Virus record (IMG/VR): IMGVR_UViG_3300049048_000052
Span: 124,001-188,000 of that record
DNA length: 64,000 bases
Reading direction: 5' to 3' (one strand)
Shown here: piece after piece, positions 33,455-43,484 of the stretch
Layout of the letters: each line of letters starts with the position of its first letter
Numbering within the stretch: position 1 is the first letter of the stretch
Translations under genes and position numbers: made by a program
The notes under the pieces: generated by a model
What the model was told of the DNA's origin: nothing
Database searches by the model: none
Seen by the model: only the letters and a program-made list of their open reading frames with translations

Positions 33455-35770
33455 TTAAGCTCCGAATACAACTGCTGTAAGTGTTTGTGGATCATAAGGG
33501 GCTCCATTACCATAGGCCACAGTTAATTGAGCAAAGTTAGTATTTAAGTTAAGTAAGGTAACATCAAATACGTTTACTCCAGTAGTACCTGCTGAGGTAA
33601 TAGAACCAGCATTGCCTACTACGACATACTGATTATTAACCATTGGAACACTAAAGTTAATAGTGTAGTTACCTGCGCTCTGTCTACTAGCTGAGCTTAT
33701 GTTATATGAACTAAGGATGGTTCCGTTAGTTACAGAGTAAACAATCCATGCCTTGGCAGTACTAATAGAATGGATAACACCATTAGCTGTGGCCCTAGTA
33801 CCACCACCTACCAAGAGTGTACCACTTACGGCAAGGCTACCTGCGCTAGGTTGATAGATTCCTGTAGCAGGATCATTTAGGAAGTACAAGCTAGGAACAG
33901 TAGGACTACCTGCTGCCAAGCCAACCATACCCGAACCTGCACTAGTGCTATTAACTAGTGCTTGTGGTGTAGCATCCACCCACTGACTGGAATCCTGATC
34001 TACGTAATAGATCATCAACTTAGCTGTAGTACTATCCCACCATAGGTTGGAGTTATTGGGGCTAGGAGGAGGATTATCAGATATAGTTATAGATGCAGTG
34101 TTAGCGGCATTCTGAGGGCTAGCGTCTACCCATTGTGAACTAGTACCATCATTATAGAAGATCTTAAGCTTACCTTGCTCAGAGCTCCACCACATGTCAC
34201 CCGCTACAGGTGTGGGACTTACAGGAGGATTATCACCTATAAATACCCTACTACCTGAGGCCGTTACAGTAGAAGGCTCGTACCTATTAGTACCAGCATT
34301 AAATACTAGGGTCTGACCATCAGTCGGTGCTGTAGCTAATACGTTAACACCCTGTATCCTTCTAGCATTCCATAGGGCAGTGTCATTGCCTATGGCAGCA
34401 GGAGTCAGGTTAGTTAGACCGCTACCATCGCCACTAACAGTAGTAGCATTTAGGGTGGCCGCTGTTGTAGTACCTGTTAGTGTGACGTTGTTATATAAAC
34501 CAGCAATATCAGATGGAACTAGTACCACGCTGCCCGTCTTACCATTGACCGAGGCCACTGGGAAGTTGATAGGTGTATTGACGATAGTACTAACTCTACC
34601 CTGTGCATCTACAGCAACAGTAGGAACAGCAACCGCCGTACCGTAGGAACCTGGGGTTACTGTGGCTACGTTAGCTAGGAATATAGTATTACCTGCTTTA
34701 CCTAGACCGGTGCCAGGCTCAACCGAACCAGTAACACTAGTGTTATTAAACTTAGCGAAGCTAAGTGGCGTAGTACCTAGAGTGATGGAACCTTGGGTTA
34801 TCAGTACATACTGGCTACCAGCCTGCGTACCTTCCTCAACATAAACAAATGCACCAGTGTTAAGCTCGGCAGAAGTGTCAGCATCAATAGACCTTGTTAG
34901 GGCAGCACCTGCTGTGGTAAACACATAGATACCATTCTCAGCTGGGTTAGTCTGACCAAACAGTAGTATCCTATTGTTGGGCCCAAGGGTAATACCATCC
35001 GCTGCAGCAGGAGCACTAGCTATATTAATATTAGAGTTAACAGCAACCCTAACAGAATCCTTAGGATCATACAGACCCATTGCTATGGAATCTACATAGG
35101 CCTTGGTAGCTAGATCTGTAGCTACAGTAGGAGTAGCCGCATTAATAACCTTATACCCGTTCATATTCAGGTCGCCATTAATGGCTATACCTGTTGGGAA
35201 TATAGGGTTACTAGTGGTAGCGAATGTATTAAGGACAGTCTGTAGGTTGGTAACCTTGGCGATAGATATAGTACCTAACTCATTATCACCAATGGAACCA
35301 GGGGTAATCGTAGTAGGAATAGTAAGATTACCAGAGCCATCAAATTGACCTGAACCTGTAACAGGACCGCTAAGGGCTATCGTTCTAGCATTAGTTAGCT
35401 TATCAGCGGTACCTGCTGTACCACTAATGTTGGTAACGTTGATAGTAGTGCCGCTGCTAACATTAACAGGACCCTGTAGTATTGTCGTACCCTGTATTGT
35501 AGTGGTACCAGTTATTACTGTGTCCCCACTAATTACAGTGGTACCAGTAATGTTTACCCCGTTCCTTGTAACCGCAAAGTAGGTAGTAGCACCTGAGTTA
35601 TTCTGGACCTCAAACAGGTTACCAGTAATAGGAGAGGCAGCATCCCTAAGTGTAAGGGCACCTCTACTTGGATCAAGTATTAACTCAGGGCTATTAGAGT
35701 TGTTATAGGCTGTCTGTATTGTGCTAGTAGTAGTAACTGCACTAGACCCACCGTATCTATTAATTGGCAT
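33455..35770 (-). CDS. long tail fibre protein
   Basis: 771 aa G/T-rich; ARTIALSG, DLATKAYVD, KDSVRVA, ENGIY, SVNGKTG; two WW.S..KL.I.Y.D..S.QWVDA repeats. Confidence 0.85.
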   Translation of the reverse strand: MPINRYGGSSAVTTTSTIQTAYNNSNSPELILDPSRGALTLRDAASPITGNLFEVQNNSGATTYFAVTRNGVNITGTTVISGDTVITGTTTIQGTTILQGPVNVSSGTTINVTNISGTAGTADKLTNARTIALSGPVTGSGQFDGSGNLTIPTTITPGSIGDNELGTISIAKVTNLQTVLNTFATTSNPIFPTGIAINGDLNMNGYKVINAATPTVATDLATKAYVDSIAMGLYDPKDSVRVAVNSNINIASAPAAADGITLGPNNRILLFGQTNPAENGIYVFTTAGAALTRSIDADTSAELNTGAFVYVEEGTQAGSQYVLITQGSITLGTTPLSFAKFNNTSVTGSVEPGTGLGKAGNTIFLANVATVTPGSYGTAVAVPTVAVDAQGRVSTIVNTPINFPVASVNGKTGSVVLVPSDIAGLYNNVTLTGTTTAATLNATTVSGDGSGLTNLTPAAIGNDTALWNARRIQGVNVLATAPTDGQTLVFNAGTNRYEPSTVTASGSRVFIGDNPPVSPTPVAGDMWWSSEQGKLKIFYNDGTSSQWVDASPQNAANTASITISDNPPPSPNNSNLWWDSTTAKLMIYYVDQDSSQWVDATPQALVNSTSAGSGMVGLAAGSPTVPSLYFLNDPATGIYQPSAGSLAVSGTLLVGGGTRATANGVIHSISTAKAWIVYSVTNGTILSSYNISSASRQSAGNYTINFSVPMVNNQYVVVGNAGSITSAGTTGVNVFDVTLLNLNTNFAQLTVAYGNGAPYDPQTLTAVVFGA

Positions 35771-35774
35771 TTAA

Positions 35775-36182
35775 TTACACCCAGTATTCTATTTCTACAA
35801 CAGTGCCAGCAGTAGGACTGGCGAAGTAGAGTGTACCTGTAAACCTACTATTTATAAAGTCCTCGCTCTTCTCACAATCAATAGGTAGTGTCCTAAAGTT
35901 AGATACACCGGATGCAACCACGTTGTTAGCATAGGCAAATCTAATGACCGTATTACTCTGTCTAGATGCAAAGGATACCTTAGCAACGTTATTTAGGTTA
36001 ATACTATACTGCGTATCAGCATTAACAAGTATTATCTGAGTGATAGTAGGTGTTAGGGCTACACTACTGATAGTGACCGGGGGCATCACATCAATATTAT
36101 GGTGAGGTATATGTTCCCCACTAACTACGGTACTCTTAAGGGCGTTCGGGCTGTTATTCCCGTCTCTTACATTAAGTGTCAT
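35775..36182 (-). CDS. virion-associated hypothetical protein
   Basis: in tail operon. Confidence 0.6.
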   Translation of the reverse strand: MTLNVRDGNNSPNALKSTVVSGEHIPHHNIDVMPPVTISSVALTPTITQIILVNADTQYSINLNNVAKVSFASRQSNTVIRFAYANNVVASGVSNFRTLPIDCEKSEDFINSRFTGTLYFASPTAGTVVEIEYWV

Positions 36183-36332
36183 ATTATATTAGTCCTAGAT
36201 ACATAGAATTAGCGGTCTTGTTGTTACTAAAGTCAAGGTTAGGGGAGAGTACAGGTACCTCTATTGTTGTGTTATCAGGGATAACCGCGGTCCTAGCCCT
36301 TGGGGGATATCTTACTTTTCTACCGGATAACA

Positions 36333-37898
36333 TTATAGGGATCTACCTATTGCATTACAGAAGGCTACATATGCGTTGTACAAGGCACTCATCTCTCCTG
36401 AGGTTAAAGCATCACCTACAATGGCAAAGGATAGAGGCCTAGCACTCTGGAACCTAGCAGTACCTAGGGTAGTGTCATGCATACCAAAGAGGTGTATATT
36501 ACCTGAGGGTTGTGCACCCGTAACTGAGTTTGTGCTACTACCTAGGAGAGTACCGTTGCCATATACACCAAGGTTATCTGAGGCCGTTCTGTTTGATATG
36601 AATAGACCTTTGCCTGCTGTAGGATTAAGAGTCTGTAATCTACCGGCCTGACTATAAGAATCAGTCATAGCGAAGCCGCCATTATTGATGGTGGATAACA
36701 AGAGTCTATTGTTAGTAAAACTGTCATCACCAATACCCATATCAACCGTATCAAAACCCTGAGGGGCCTGAGTACTATGACTATAAACACCGATAGCATG
36801 ATTGTTATTGGTGAGTACAGTGGCCGGGTTTATACCTGTATCTAACCAGGGGCCTGCAGTACCAGGAGTAAACCCAGTTGCCTGAGCATAGCTACCTGAT
36901 GTAAATCCATTATTAATAAGTAACTGGTTAGCGGCCGTATGTTTAAGGGCAACTAATCCAGCTGCTAATTGATCACCTGCAGCGGTCCATAGCATCTTGG
37001 CCTTAGCCCAAATACCAGCAGACTTAAGTGTCTCAACAAAGTTGTTGGTAGTTAGTAATGCGGTATTAGATATACTACCGCCGTTAGCTATGATGGAGTT
37101 TTGATAGGCTATTGTTTCAGCATTAAGGGTTACGGTAGGAGTAGTAGGAGTGTTGGGTGGGAACTGTACACCGGCAGCCTCTAGTAATACCATTTCTTTA
37201 GCAGTGTAAGGAGTACCTGCTACAGGCCCTGCTACGTTAACCGTCTGGACACATACAGCAGAGCCTTCCATTACATAGGAGGCATCTGGTGGAATCTTAA
37301 TAGATCCAGGGGCTGCGCTAGCATTAGCACCAAAGTTTAACCATATCTCATAGCTGCCTACGTTCTGAAGGAAGAAGTAACTCCTATCAGCATTGGACAT
37401 TGCTATGGTCTGGTTAGTATTAGCATTCTGTATAGTGCCACTCCTATCCAGCATTACTCCGCTAGAAGGGTGTATGGTAACACTATCAAAGTCCTTATTA
37501 AGTTCTCTGATATGACATAACAGGCCCCCACTTGTTTTGTCTATAGCTAATTGAGCATCTGCCCCAATAGCATAGGAAGGTGCATAAACAGGTCCGTCAA
37601 CTGCTATTGCTAATAGGGGAGTTGGGGGCGTTGGTGTCGTATTATTATTTATAATATCTACCTTAAGCCTGTCATTAACTAGCACAGATGGAAGTCTGCT
37701 TATAATGGCACTAACATTGGCATTTATAAGATCTAGCTTTTGCTGTAGGGGTAACGTATCAAAGTTACCTGAAAATGTACCACCTGTAATATTGATCGGA
37801 CTATTAGGTGATAATATAATACGCCCAAGATCATCTGTGGCGTAAAGGGGATTGAGAATCGAACCTCTCATATCGTTCTGTGTTCTCCTGGGGGACAT
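36333..37898 (-). CDS. virion structural protein with C-terminal ConA/LamG-like domain
   Basis: LKSAGIWAK..., WLDTGINP, IGDALTSGEM.ALY...A...AIGR pattern. Confidence 0.7.
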   Translation of the reverse strand: MSPRRTQNDMRGSILNPLYATDDLGRIILSPNSPINITGGTFSGNFDTLPLQQKLDLINANVSAIISRLPSVLVNDRLKVDIINNNTTPTPPTPLLAIAVDGPVYAPSYAIGADAQLAIDKTSGGLLCHIRELNKDFDSVTIHPSSGVMLDRSGTIQNANTNQTIAMSNADRSYFFLQNVGSYEIWLNFGANASAAPGSIKIPPDASYVMEGSAVCVQTVNVAGPVAGTPYTAKEMVLLEAAGVQFPPNTPTTPTVTLNAETIAYQNSIIANGGSISNTALLTTNNFVETLKSAGIWAKAKMLWTAAGDQLAAGLVALKHTAANQLLINNGFTSGSYAQATGFTPGTAGPWLDTGINPATVLTNNNHAIGVYSHSTQAPQGFDTVDMGIGDDSFTNNRLLLSTINNGGFAMTDSYSQAGRLQTLNPTAGKGLFISNRTASDNLGVYGNGTLLGSSTNSVTGAQPSGNIHLFGMHDTTLGTARFQSARPLSFAIVGDALTSGEMSALYNAYVAFCNAIGRSL

Positions 37899-38024
37899 AC
37901 TTGTGTCCTTAGGCTAATCTGATATGGAGAGTGATTTGTGTTCATGTTTGCCTCTTCTGTTCCTACCTTCTACTACGGTTAGGCTGTATAAGATTAGTCA
38001 ACCATTCCTACATAAGGAAATAGT

Positions 38025-38747
38025 ATGACTAAGAGAAGACTGGCCTTGAAGGAGAAAGAAGTTGTGAATAACGCCCCTATCTCCTTTCCTATAAAGACAG
38101 ACACACTAATCAAGCCTGCTAATTATAATCAGAGGGAGTTAGTCAGAAGCATAAAGCAGAATGATATAACCCTAGCCTATGGTCCTGCAGGTACGGGGAA
38201 GACATTGGTCTCCCTATTTACCGCAGTACAGATGCTAAATAACTCTGATAGTCCTATAGAAAAGATCATTTATATAAGAGCTAATGTGGATTCTAGGGAG
38301 GAGAAAGAACTAGGCGCATTACCTGGTGGTTTCATAGATAAGGTTAAGCCCCTTGCCTATCCAATCCTAGATAACCTTATCCACTTCATGCCTAACAATC
38401 AGGCTACCTACTTAATAGAGAGTGGTAGGATTGAGATTAGTCCCCTAATGATGATCAGAGGCAGATCCTTAGCCAATACTTTTATTCTTGCTGATGAGGT
38501 GCAAAACATTAGCCCTAAAGCTATGAAGACATTACTTACTCGTATATCCTATGGGAGCCGTATGGTCCTAGTGGGAGACCCTGAGCAGGTGGATGTAACT
38601 CATAGAGGAAGGGATGGACTCTCTGATGCGGTCAGTAGACTAGGATCTATTAGGGAGGGCGTGGGTATGATTAGGTTTACAAAGGCTGATATTGTACGTC
38701 ATGGTCTAACAGGAGAAATACTCGATGCCTACGAGGGAGTGTACTAA
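38025..38747 (+). CDS. phoH: PhoH-family protein
   Basis: GPAGTGKT, LGALPG, RGRSL, ILADEVQN, LLTRI, GDPEQVD, DIVRH. Confidence 0.95.
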   Translation: MTKRRLALKEKEVVNNAPISFPIKTDTLIKPANYNQRELVRSIKQNDITLAYGPAGTGKTLVSLFTAVQMLNNSDSPIEKIIYIRANVDSREEKELGALPGGFIDKVKPLAYPILDNLIHFMPNNQATYLIESGRIEISPLMMIRGRSLANTFILADEVQNISPKAMKTLLTRISYGSRMVLVGDPEQVDVTHRGRDGLSDAVSRLGSIREGVGMIRFTKADIVRHGLTGEILDAYEGVY

Positions 38748-39225
38748 TCCCCACTATAGCCATAAATATGGGGTATCTAAAGGCAGGTACCCCATAAAAC
38801 AGATTCGTGATCTGGTAAGACAATATGGTTCATCTTCGGATCCTACTAGGATAGATTTAGATGGAGATCTGGTCTGTGTTACTAGTGAGAGACTTAGAAC
38901 TTTCGCTTCTAAGGGGGTTCAATGTGTCCGTTGTGGTATTACAGGAGATCATTATATTAAAGAGAAGAGTCATATAAGCGATCTCTTCTTTCATCTCAAT
39001 CTGTATAGCACACATAGAAATGGTAACTTCATACTCATGACTAAGGATCATATAATCCCTAAGAGTGCAGGAGGTAGTAATAGCTTGTCTAACCTTCAAC
39101 CTATGTGTGCGCCTTGTAATAGAAAGAAAGGAGATAGCTATGGGCATGGCAGTGAGGGCAAAGACGAGAAAGAAGGTCATTCCTGCTCCGATGAGACTTC
39201 AGGTCTTCCTAAAGGAGTCCATTGA
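38725..39225 (+). CDS. HNH endonuclease
   Basis: CVRCG...MTKDHIIPKSAGGSN.LSNLQPMCAPCN..KG. Confidence 0.85.
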   Translation: MPTRECTNPHYSHKYGVSKGRYPIKQIRDLVRQYGSSSDPTRIDLDGDLVCVTSERLRTFASKGVQCVRCGITGDHYIKEKSHISDLFFHLNLYSTHRNGNFILMTKDHIIPKSAGGSNSLSNLQPMCAPCNRKKGDSYGHGSEGKDEKEGHSCSDETSGLPKGVH

Positions 39226-39670
39226 ATTACCTAAGTCTGTGGCCTCTGTGTCTATTAAGCAGGTAATGTACTGGAAGGGACAGGGTTTAGACTCTATTCT
39301 TCTTCATGGCTTAAATGTAAGACTTGATACTCAAACATTAACCACCTTCAGGAATTCAGGTGTTCACTGTATGATATGTGGTATAAAGGGGATCGTATTC
39401 AATCTCTATCACTTCCTTGATAACAGAGGACGTGAGACTGGGGATGGCTATCTTGTCCTTCATGCTCCTAATCCTAGATATGGGGGTTTCCCTAATCTTA
39501 AGATGGGCACAGATCATATAGTACCCAGATGTATGGGTGGTTCTGATCATATCGATAATCTGCAGACGTGTTGCTGTCAATGTAATGGTACTAAGGGAGG
39601 TGATCTGGATGGGGCTATTAAGGCCCTAATTAAGATGAGACTAGAGAGGAAGGAGCTCCTCAGAGGTTAG
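39140..39670 (+). CDS. HNH endonuclease (paralog)
   Basis: CMICG...DHIVPRCMGGSD.IDNLQTCCCQCN.TKG; GGAG SD before ATG 39140. Confidence 0.85.
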   Translation: MGMAVRAKTRKKVIPAPMRLQVFLKESIELPKSVASVSIKQVMYWKGQGLDSILLHGLNVRLDTQTLTTFRNSGVHCMICGIKGIVFNLYHFLDNRGRETGDGYLVLHAPNPRYGGFPNLKMGTDHIVPRCMGGSDHIDNLQTCCCQCNGTKGGDLDGAIKALIKMRLERKELLRG

Positions 39671-39716
39671 GATAATAGGTGGGGTCAACACTCCACCCAT
39701 TATTTTAAGAGCTAAT

Positions 39717-41257
39717 ATGAAATTAGAAGTACTAGATAAAGGTTTTATAGAGGTGGTCGATACCTTAGGTAGCGATCTAACCGTTGTTAATAGCGCTAGG
39801 GTATCCTTTGGACATCGTAAGGAGTCCCTTGATAAATCAGATATTAAGTTAATTGGATATTTAAAGAAGCACAAGCACTATTCTCCATTTCGCCATATGA
39901 TGGTGCAGCTGCATATCAAGATGCCTGAGGTGGTGGCAAGACAACTGTTAACAGAAATGGTGACCAGTAAATACAACTCCCTTGTATTAATCTAGTAATA
40001 GATTATGCAAAGGATAAATCAATGATTCTAGAGACTAAGGGCGATAAGGTACTACGTAGATGCGATACCTGTGGTAATGAGAAGTGGGTTGAGAAATGGA
40101 AGTACTATAAACTAGAGGAGCACACCTGTAGAGATTGTTACTGCCGATTAAAAGCAGCAGCACGTAAAGGTAAACCTTCTAGATACAAAGGTATTATTAG
40201 GCAACCCAATCCTAAGAGAGGGAGTACTTATATTAATTCCTCAGGTTACGTCGAGGAGTATATAGGTGCTGTAGATAATAATAGGAAAGGCAAGTATTAT
40301 CTCCAACACAGATTAATAGTTGAGAAGTACCTAGGTAGAGTCCTTGATAAATCAGAACTAGTTCACCATATTAATGGTGACAAAACTGATAATCGACTTG
40401 AGAACCTATACCTATGTCAATCTATGTCTCACCACAAGACTCTACACCAACAATTAGAGCAAGTATCTATGCAATTGGTTAAACTAAATCTTATAGAATT
40501 TGATAATGAAGCTGGTAGCTATAGAATAGCAGCCCATATCAGTAATGATATGGTGAATAATCCTGTGAATTCAGGGGAACCCCTAACGTATAATGACGAG
40601 GGCAATCCTGATCCAAGCTTTGAAGAGTAGTCTTCATTGAAGGAGCAACGACTATCCGTAAGGAGTAGGGCTCAAGGGAGCTCGAAGCGCAGGACATCCT
40701 AATAGGATGATGATATAGTCTGAGCTTTAGGGAGACCTAAAGAGAGTGTATGGAGCCGATATACTCGTAACATAACTGATAAACATGTCGTAGGTATTGA
40801 GACCTCCTCTTCCTCTGTATGTAAGGATCATGCATGGAATGAGATTAGTAGACGTTATGTAGAGATAGATGATTACTATGTGCCAGACATCTGGCGCCTG
40901 CAGTCTCCTTCTAATAAGCAAGCATCTCAGTTAGATGAACACGGTAATCCTATAGTTAACGAGGCTATACAAGAGTGGGCCTGTAAGGAATACGCAGACT
41001 TTATAGCTTCCCTAGATCTTAAGGTTAAAGCATTTATAGCTAAGGGTATTGCTAAAGAGCAGGCACAGATCATGCTGCCTATCTCTTTCTATACTGAGAT
41101 CTATTGGACCGCATCATTCCAGGCCATCATGAACTTCATTGAGCTTAGGAATGACAACCATGCCCAATGGGAGATTAGGCAGTATGCCCTTGCACTCCTC
41201 CGAATAATGGAGCAATTATTCCCAGTCTGCACTAATGCATGGTTAGAGAATAGCTGA
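39717..41257 (+). CDS. thyX: flavin-dependent thymidylate synthase, split by group I intron (exons 39717-39948, 40779-41257)
   Basis: NSARVS, HYSPF; spliced junction restores VARQLYKHVVG...WNEISRRY; HAQWEIR. Confidence 0.95.
39949..40778 (+). mobile_element. group I intron in thyX
   Basis: U|...G| boundaries; AATTCAGGGGAA (P), AATCCTGATCCAAG (Q), GCAACGACTA (R), GATGATATAGTCT (S); IGS GCAG at 40529-40532. Confidence 0.9.
40022..40630 (+). CDS. intron-encoded HNH homing endonuclease
   Basis: CxxC pairs; QHRLIVEKYLGR.L...E.VHHINGDKTDNRLENL. Confidence 0.9.
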   Translation: MILETKGDKVLRRCDTCGNEKWVEKWKYYKLEEHTCRDCYCRLKAAARKGKPSRYKGIIRQPNPKRGSTYINSSGYVEEYIGAVDNNRKGKYYLQHRLIVEKYLGRVLDKSELVHHINGDKTDNRLENLYLCQSMSHHKTLHQQLEQVSMQLVKLNLIEFDNEAGSYRIAAHISNDMVNNPVNSGEPLTYNDEGNPDPSFEE

Positions 41258-41290
41258 TATACTCTTGCTAAGGTATTTATAGGTATTTAT

Positions 41291-41785
41291 ATGGAAGATT
41301 CAATAGAAAGCTGTTTACAGGATACTGATGTTATAGCTGTTTATAGGCAGTACATAGAGGTATCAGATCCAGAGAAGTGGACCATAATGCCTCTTAAGGA
41401 ATGGGTAGAGAATGTAGATAAGGGAGACCGTAGAGGTTACTCACTAAAAGAGTCTGTACTATCCTGCATCAGAACTGCTATATGGCATAGGACTACTTCC
41501 TGGGAGGACCAAATGAAGCTAGCCAAGCCTATGGATACTGAGAAGATGCGCTCAATGGGAATGAATACCCAGAAAGCATATCAGTTCTTCAATGAAGATC
41601 CTATAGAGGCTTCTATAGACGATTGCACCCTAGAGGATAGTCTCAAGGCTAGGAAGCTAGAGATCTATATCAAGGAATTAGATATTGATAAGTTAAGAGA
41701 GTTCATATTGGGCTTCTATAAGCAGACGCTTATGAAGGAGGCCCTATATAAAAAGATGTTAAAGGTAAATATAAGTGGAAGCTAA
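41291..41785 (+). CDS. nblA: protein with C-terminal NblA (phycobilisome degradation)-like domain
   Basis: TLE.....R...........D....F....YKQ....EA.Y...LK aligns ungapped to the NblA pattern. Confidence 0.65.
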   Translation: MEDSIESCLQDTDVIAVYRQYIEVSDPEKWTIMPLKEWVENVDKGDRRGYSLKESVLSCIRTAIWHRTTSWEDQMKLAKPMDTEKMRSMGMNTQKAYQFFNEDPIEASIDDCTLEDSLKARKLEIYIKELDIDKLREFILGFYKQTLMKEALYKKMLKVNISGS

Positions 41786-41871
41786 GTCGACAGGCTACGA
41801 GCCTAAGGATCACACTAAGTATACTTGGAGGAAGCTAAAGGTAGACTTAGTCCGTACCCAAGCAGATAAGA

Positions 41872-42261
41872 ATGGTAACTACAGACCTATCTGAACTATT
41901 TAAAGCAATTAAGTCAGGCTCCCTTACAGTAGAAAGGCCTGACTTAATTCCTATTAGAAGACTAGAAAAATATATAAGATACTGCGATTGTCTGGATAGG
42001 ATGAGCGCAGCTATCGCTTATTCTATCTGCTATAACCATAGAGTAGGGGAGGAGTGGACTATATACTATGCAGTAGGACATAAGAGAATTAAGAACATTG
42101 CCCTTTATGTAAAGGGCAATTCTATAAGCTCTTTTGATTCAATTAAGGCTATCGACTATTCAATCCTACTCTCTGATTGCTCTGGTAAATTCTTGGATAA
42201 ATATCCAATGATAAGAAGTAGTATAGTATGGCAACTATCGAGGATCAAGAATGGACAGTAA
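41872..42261 (+). CDS. hypothetical protein
   Basis: ORF track. Confidence 0.55.
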   Translation: MVTTDLSELFKAIKSGSLTVERPDLIPIRRLEKYIRYCDCLDRMSAAIAYSICYNHRVGEEWTIYYAVGHKRIKNIALYVKGNSISSFDSIKAIDYSILLSDCSGKFLDKYPMIRSSIVWQLSRIKNGQ

Positions 42262-42481
42262 CTACTGGACTATAAAACATATAGTTAACAATACTCACAG
42301 CCGTCCTATGAGGATAGTTAGTGGTGAGTATAAGGATATTAACGATAAGTTCATACAACCAAATAGCGGGGTTATGATCACGGTGGACGTACCCTTTGGT
42401 TGTAAACCCTACCATATGAATTATGTAAATATAGATAGCGAGCCTAGTATATACATAGGCTATGTTGATGCAGACTATTGA
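42251..42481 (+). CDS. hypothetical protein
   Basis: ORF track. Confidence 0.5.
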   Translation: MDSNYWTIKHIVNNTHSRPMRIVSGEYKDINDKFIQPNSGVMITVDVPFGCKPYHMNYVNIDSEPSIYIGYVDADY

Positions 42482-42900
42482 CCTATAACCATTACCTCTA
42501 TAAGAGCACTAGGTGTAACTGAAGGGTTCTCTAGTTTAATCTCTAAGGGTTTGGTATAAGTATTAGCAGTAGTCAGGTTACCTTGGGGCACGTCATCATA
42601 CATATCTATAAGTACTGTCCTAGTAAGATGCCAAACATTACCACCAAGGCTATAACCAAACTGCACATTAGACTTAAGGAGTATGGCTCTAATATAGGTC
42701 ATACCTAAGGCTGATAGATCTATAGTCTTGCTTTGCGTAATAGGTATAAGTATATCTAGTTTGAACTGCTTACCCTCTGGTAAGACGTTAGCCATAGCCT
42801 GTCTAAGTGAATCGCTTACTGTCTCTGATCTATTAGAGGGGGTAAGACCTATTGTCTTCTCTGTTTGTAGAGAGACGGCGTAGGAGAAGTTTAAGGACAT
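42475..42900 (-). CDS. hypothetical protein
   Basis: 141-aa isolated minus-strand ORF. Confidence 0.6.
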   Translation of the reverse strand: MSLNFSYAVSLQTEKTIGLTPSNRSETVSDSLRQAMANVLPEGKQFKLDILIPITQSKTIDLSALGMTYIRAILLKSNVQFGYSLGGNVWHLTRTVLIDMYDDVPQGNLTTANTYTKPLEIKLENPSVTPSALIEVMVIGQ

Positions 42901-42953
42901 ATTGTTATCGGTAAGTATAGTCTCCCTATTAATGTAATATTGGTGATATAGAT

Positions 42954-43484
42954 ATGTGGGATATGTACGGGGATGATTATGGCAACATGGAGGGCTGTCC
43001 CCCTGACTTTGCTAGTAACTGTGCCCTTGGTGTAATTGGCTGTCCTAAGTGTTCTGCTAATGGTAAGGGGGATAGACTACTTTATCAACCCATAAGCCCT
43101 GATCTACCCTTAAAGTCCCATCCTACCTATGCTAAACCGGTCAAGGAGACTAAGGTTAAGGATGCTAAAGCTAGGGCCTATAATAGAAAGGGTAGATCCA
43201 TTGAGAAGAAGATCATGAAAGAGTTAGGAGCTAAGTCAACATATATGAGCGGCGCCACTAATCATGATGGTGATGGCCATATAACTATCAAGGGCTTCAA
43301 GTATAGAATAGGTCATAAGAATAGATTTAATAATAGAAATACGTTGGGCCCTACCTCATCCGAGATGAAACAGGATAAGGCAATGGGTATTACTATATGG
43401 GTAACATCTAGTGAGAAGGATGGCTCTATAGTAACTATGAGTAAAGAGTTATTCGAAGAGTTATTGGGTTATATAAATGAGTAA
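42954..43484 (+). CDS. putative PD-(D/E)XK Holliday-junction resolvase-like nuclease
   Basis: Cys cluster; KGRSIEK...SGA...GDG...HK; adjacent to recA. Confidence 0.55.
   Translation: MWDMYGDDYGNMEGCPPDFASNCALGVIGCPKCSANGKGDRLLYQPISPDLPLKSHPTYAKPVKETKVKDAKARAYNRKGRSIEKKIMKELGAKSTYMSGATNHDGDGHITIKGFKYRIGHKNRFNNRNTLGPTSSEMKQDKAMGITIWVTSSEKDGSIVTMSKELFEELLGYINE

Noticed and set aside
29320-35770. Diversity-generating retroelement or invertible tail-fibre cassette
   Set aside because: No reverse transcriptase, recombinase or near-identical TR/VR repeat seen
39949-39995. thyX and dut fragments as pseudogenes
   Set aside because: Both reading frames are restored exactly by group I splicing
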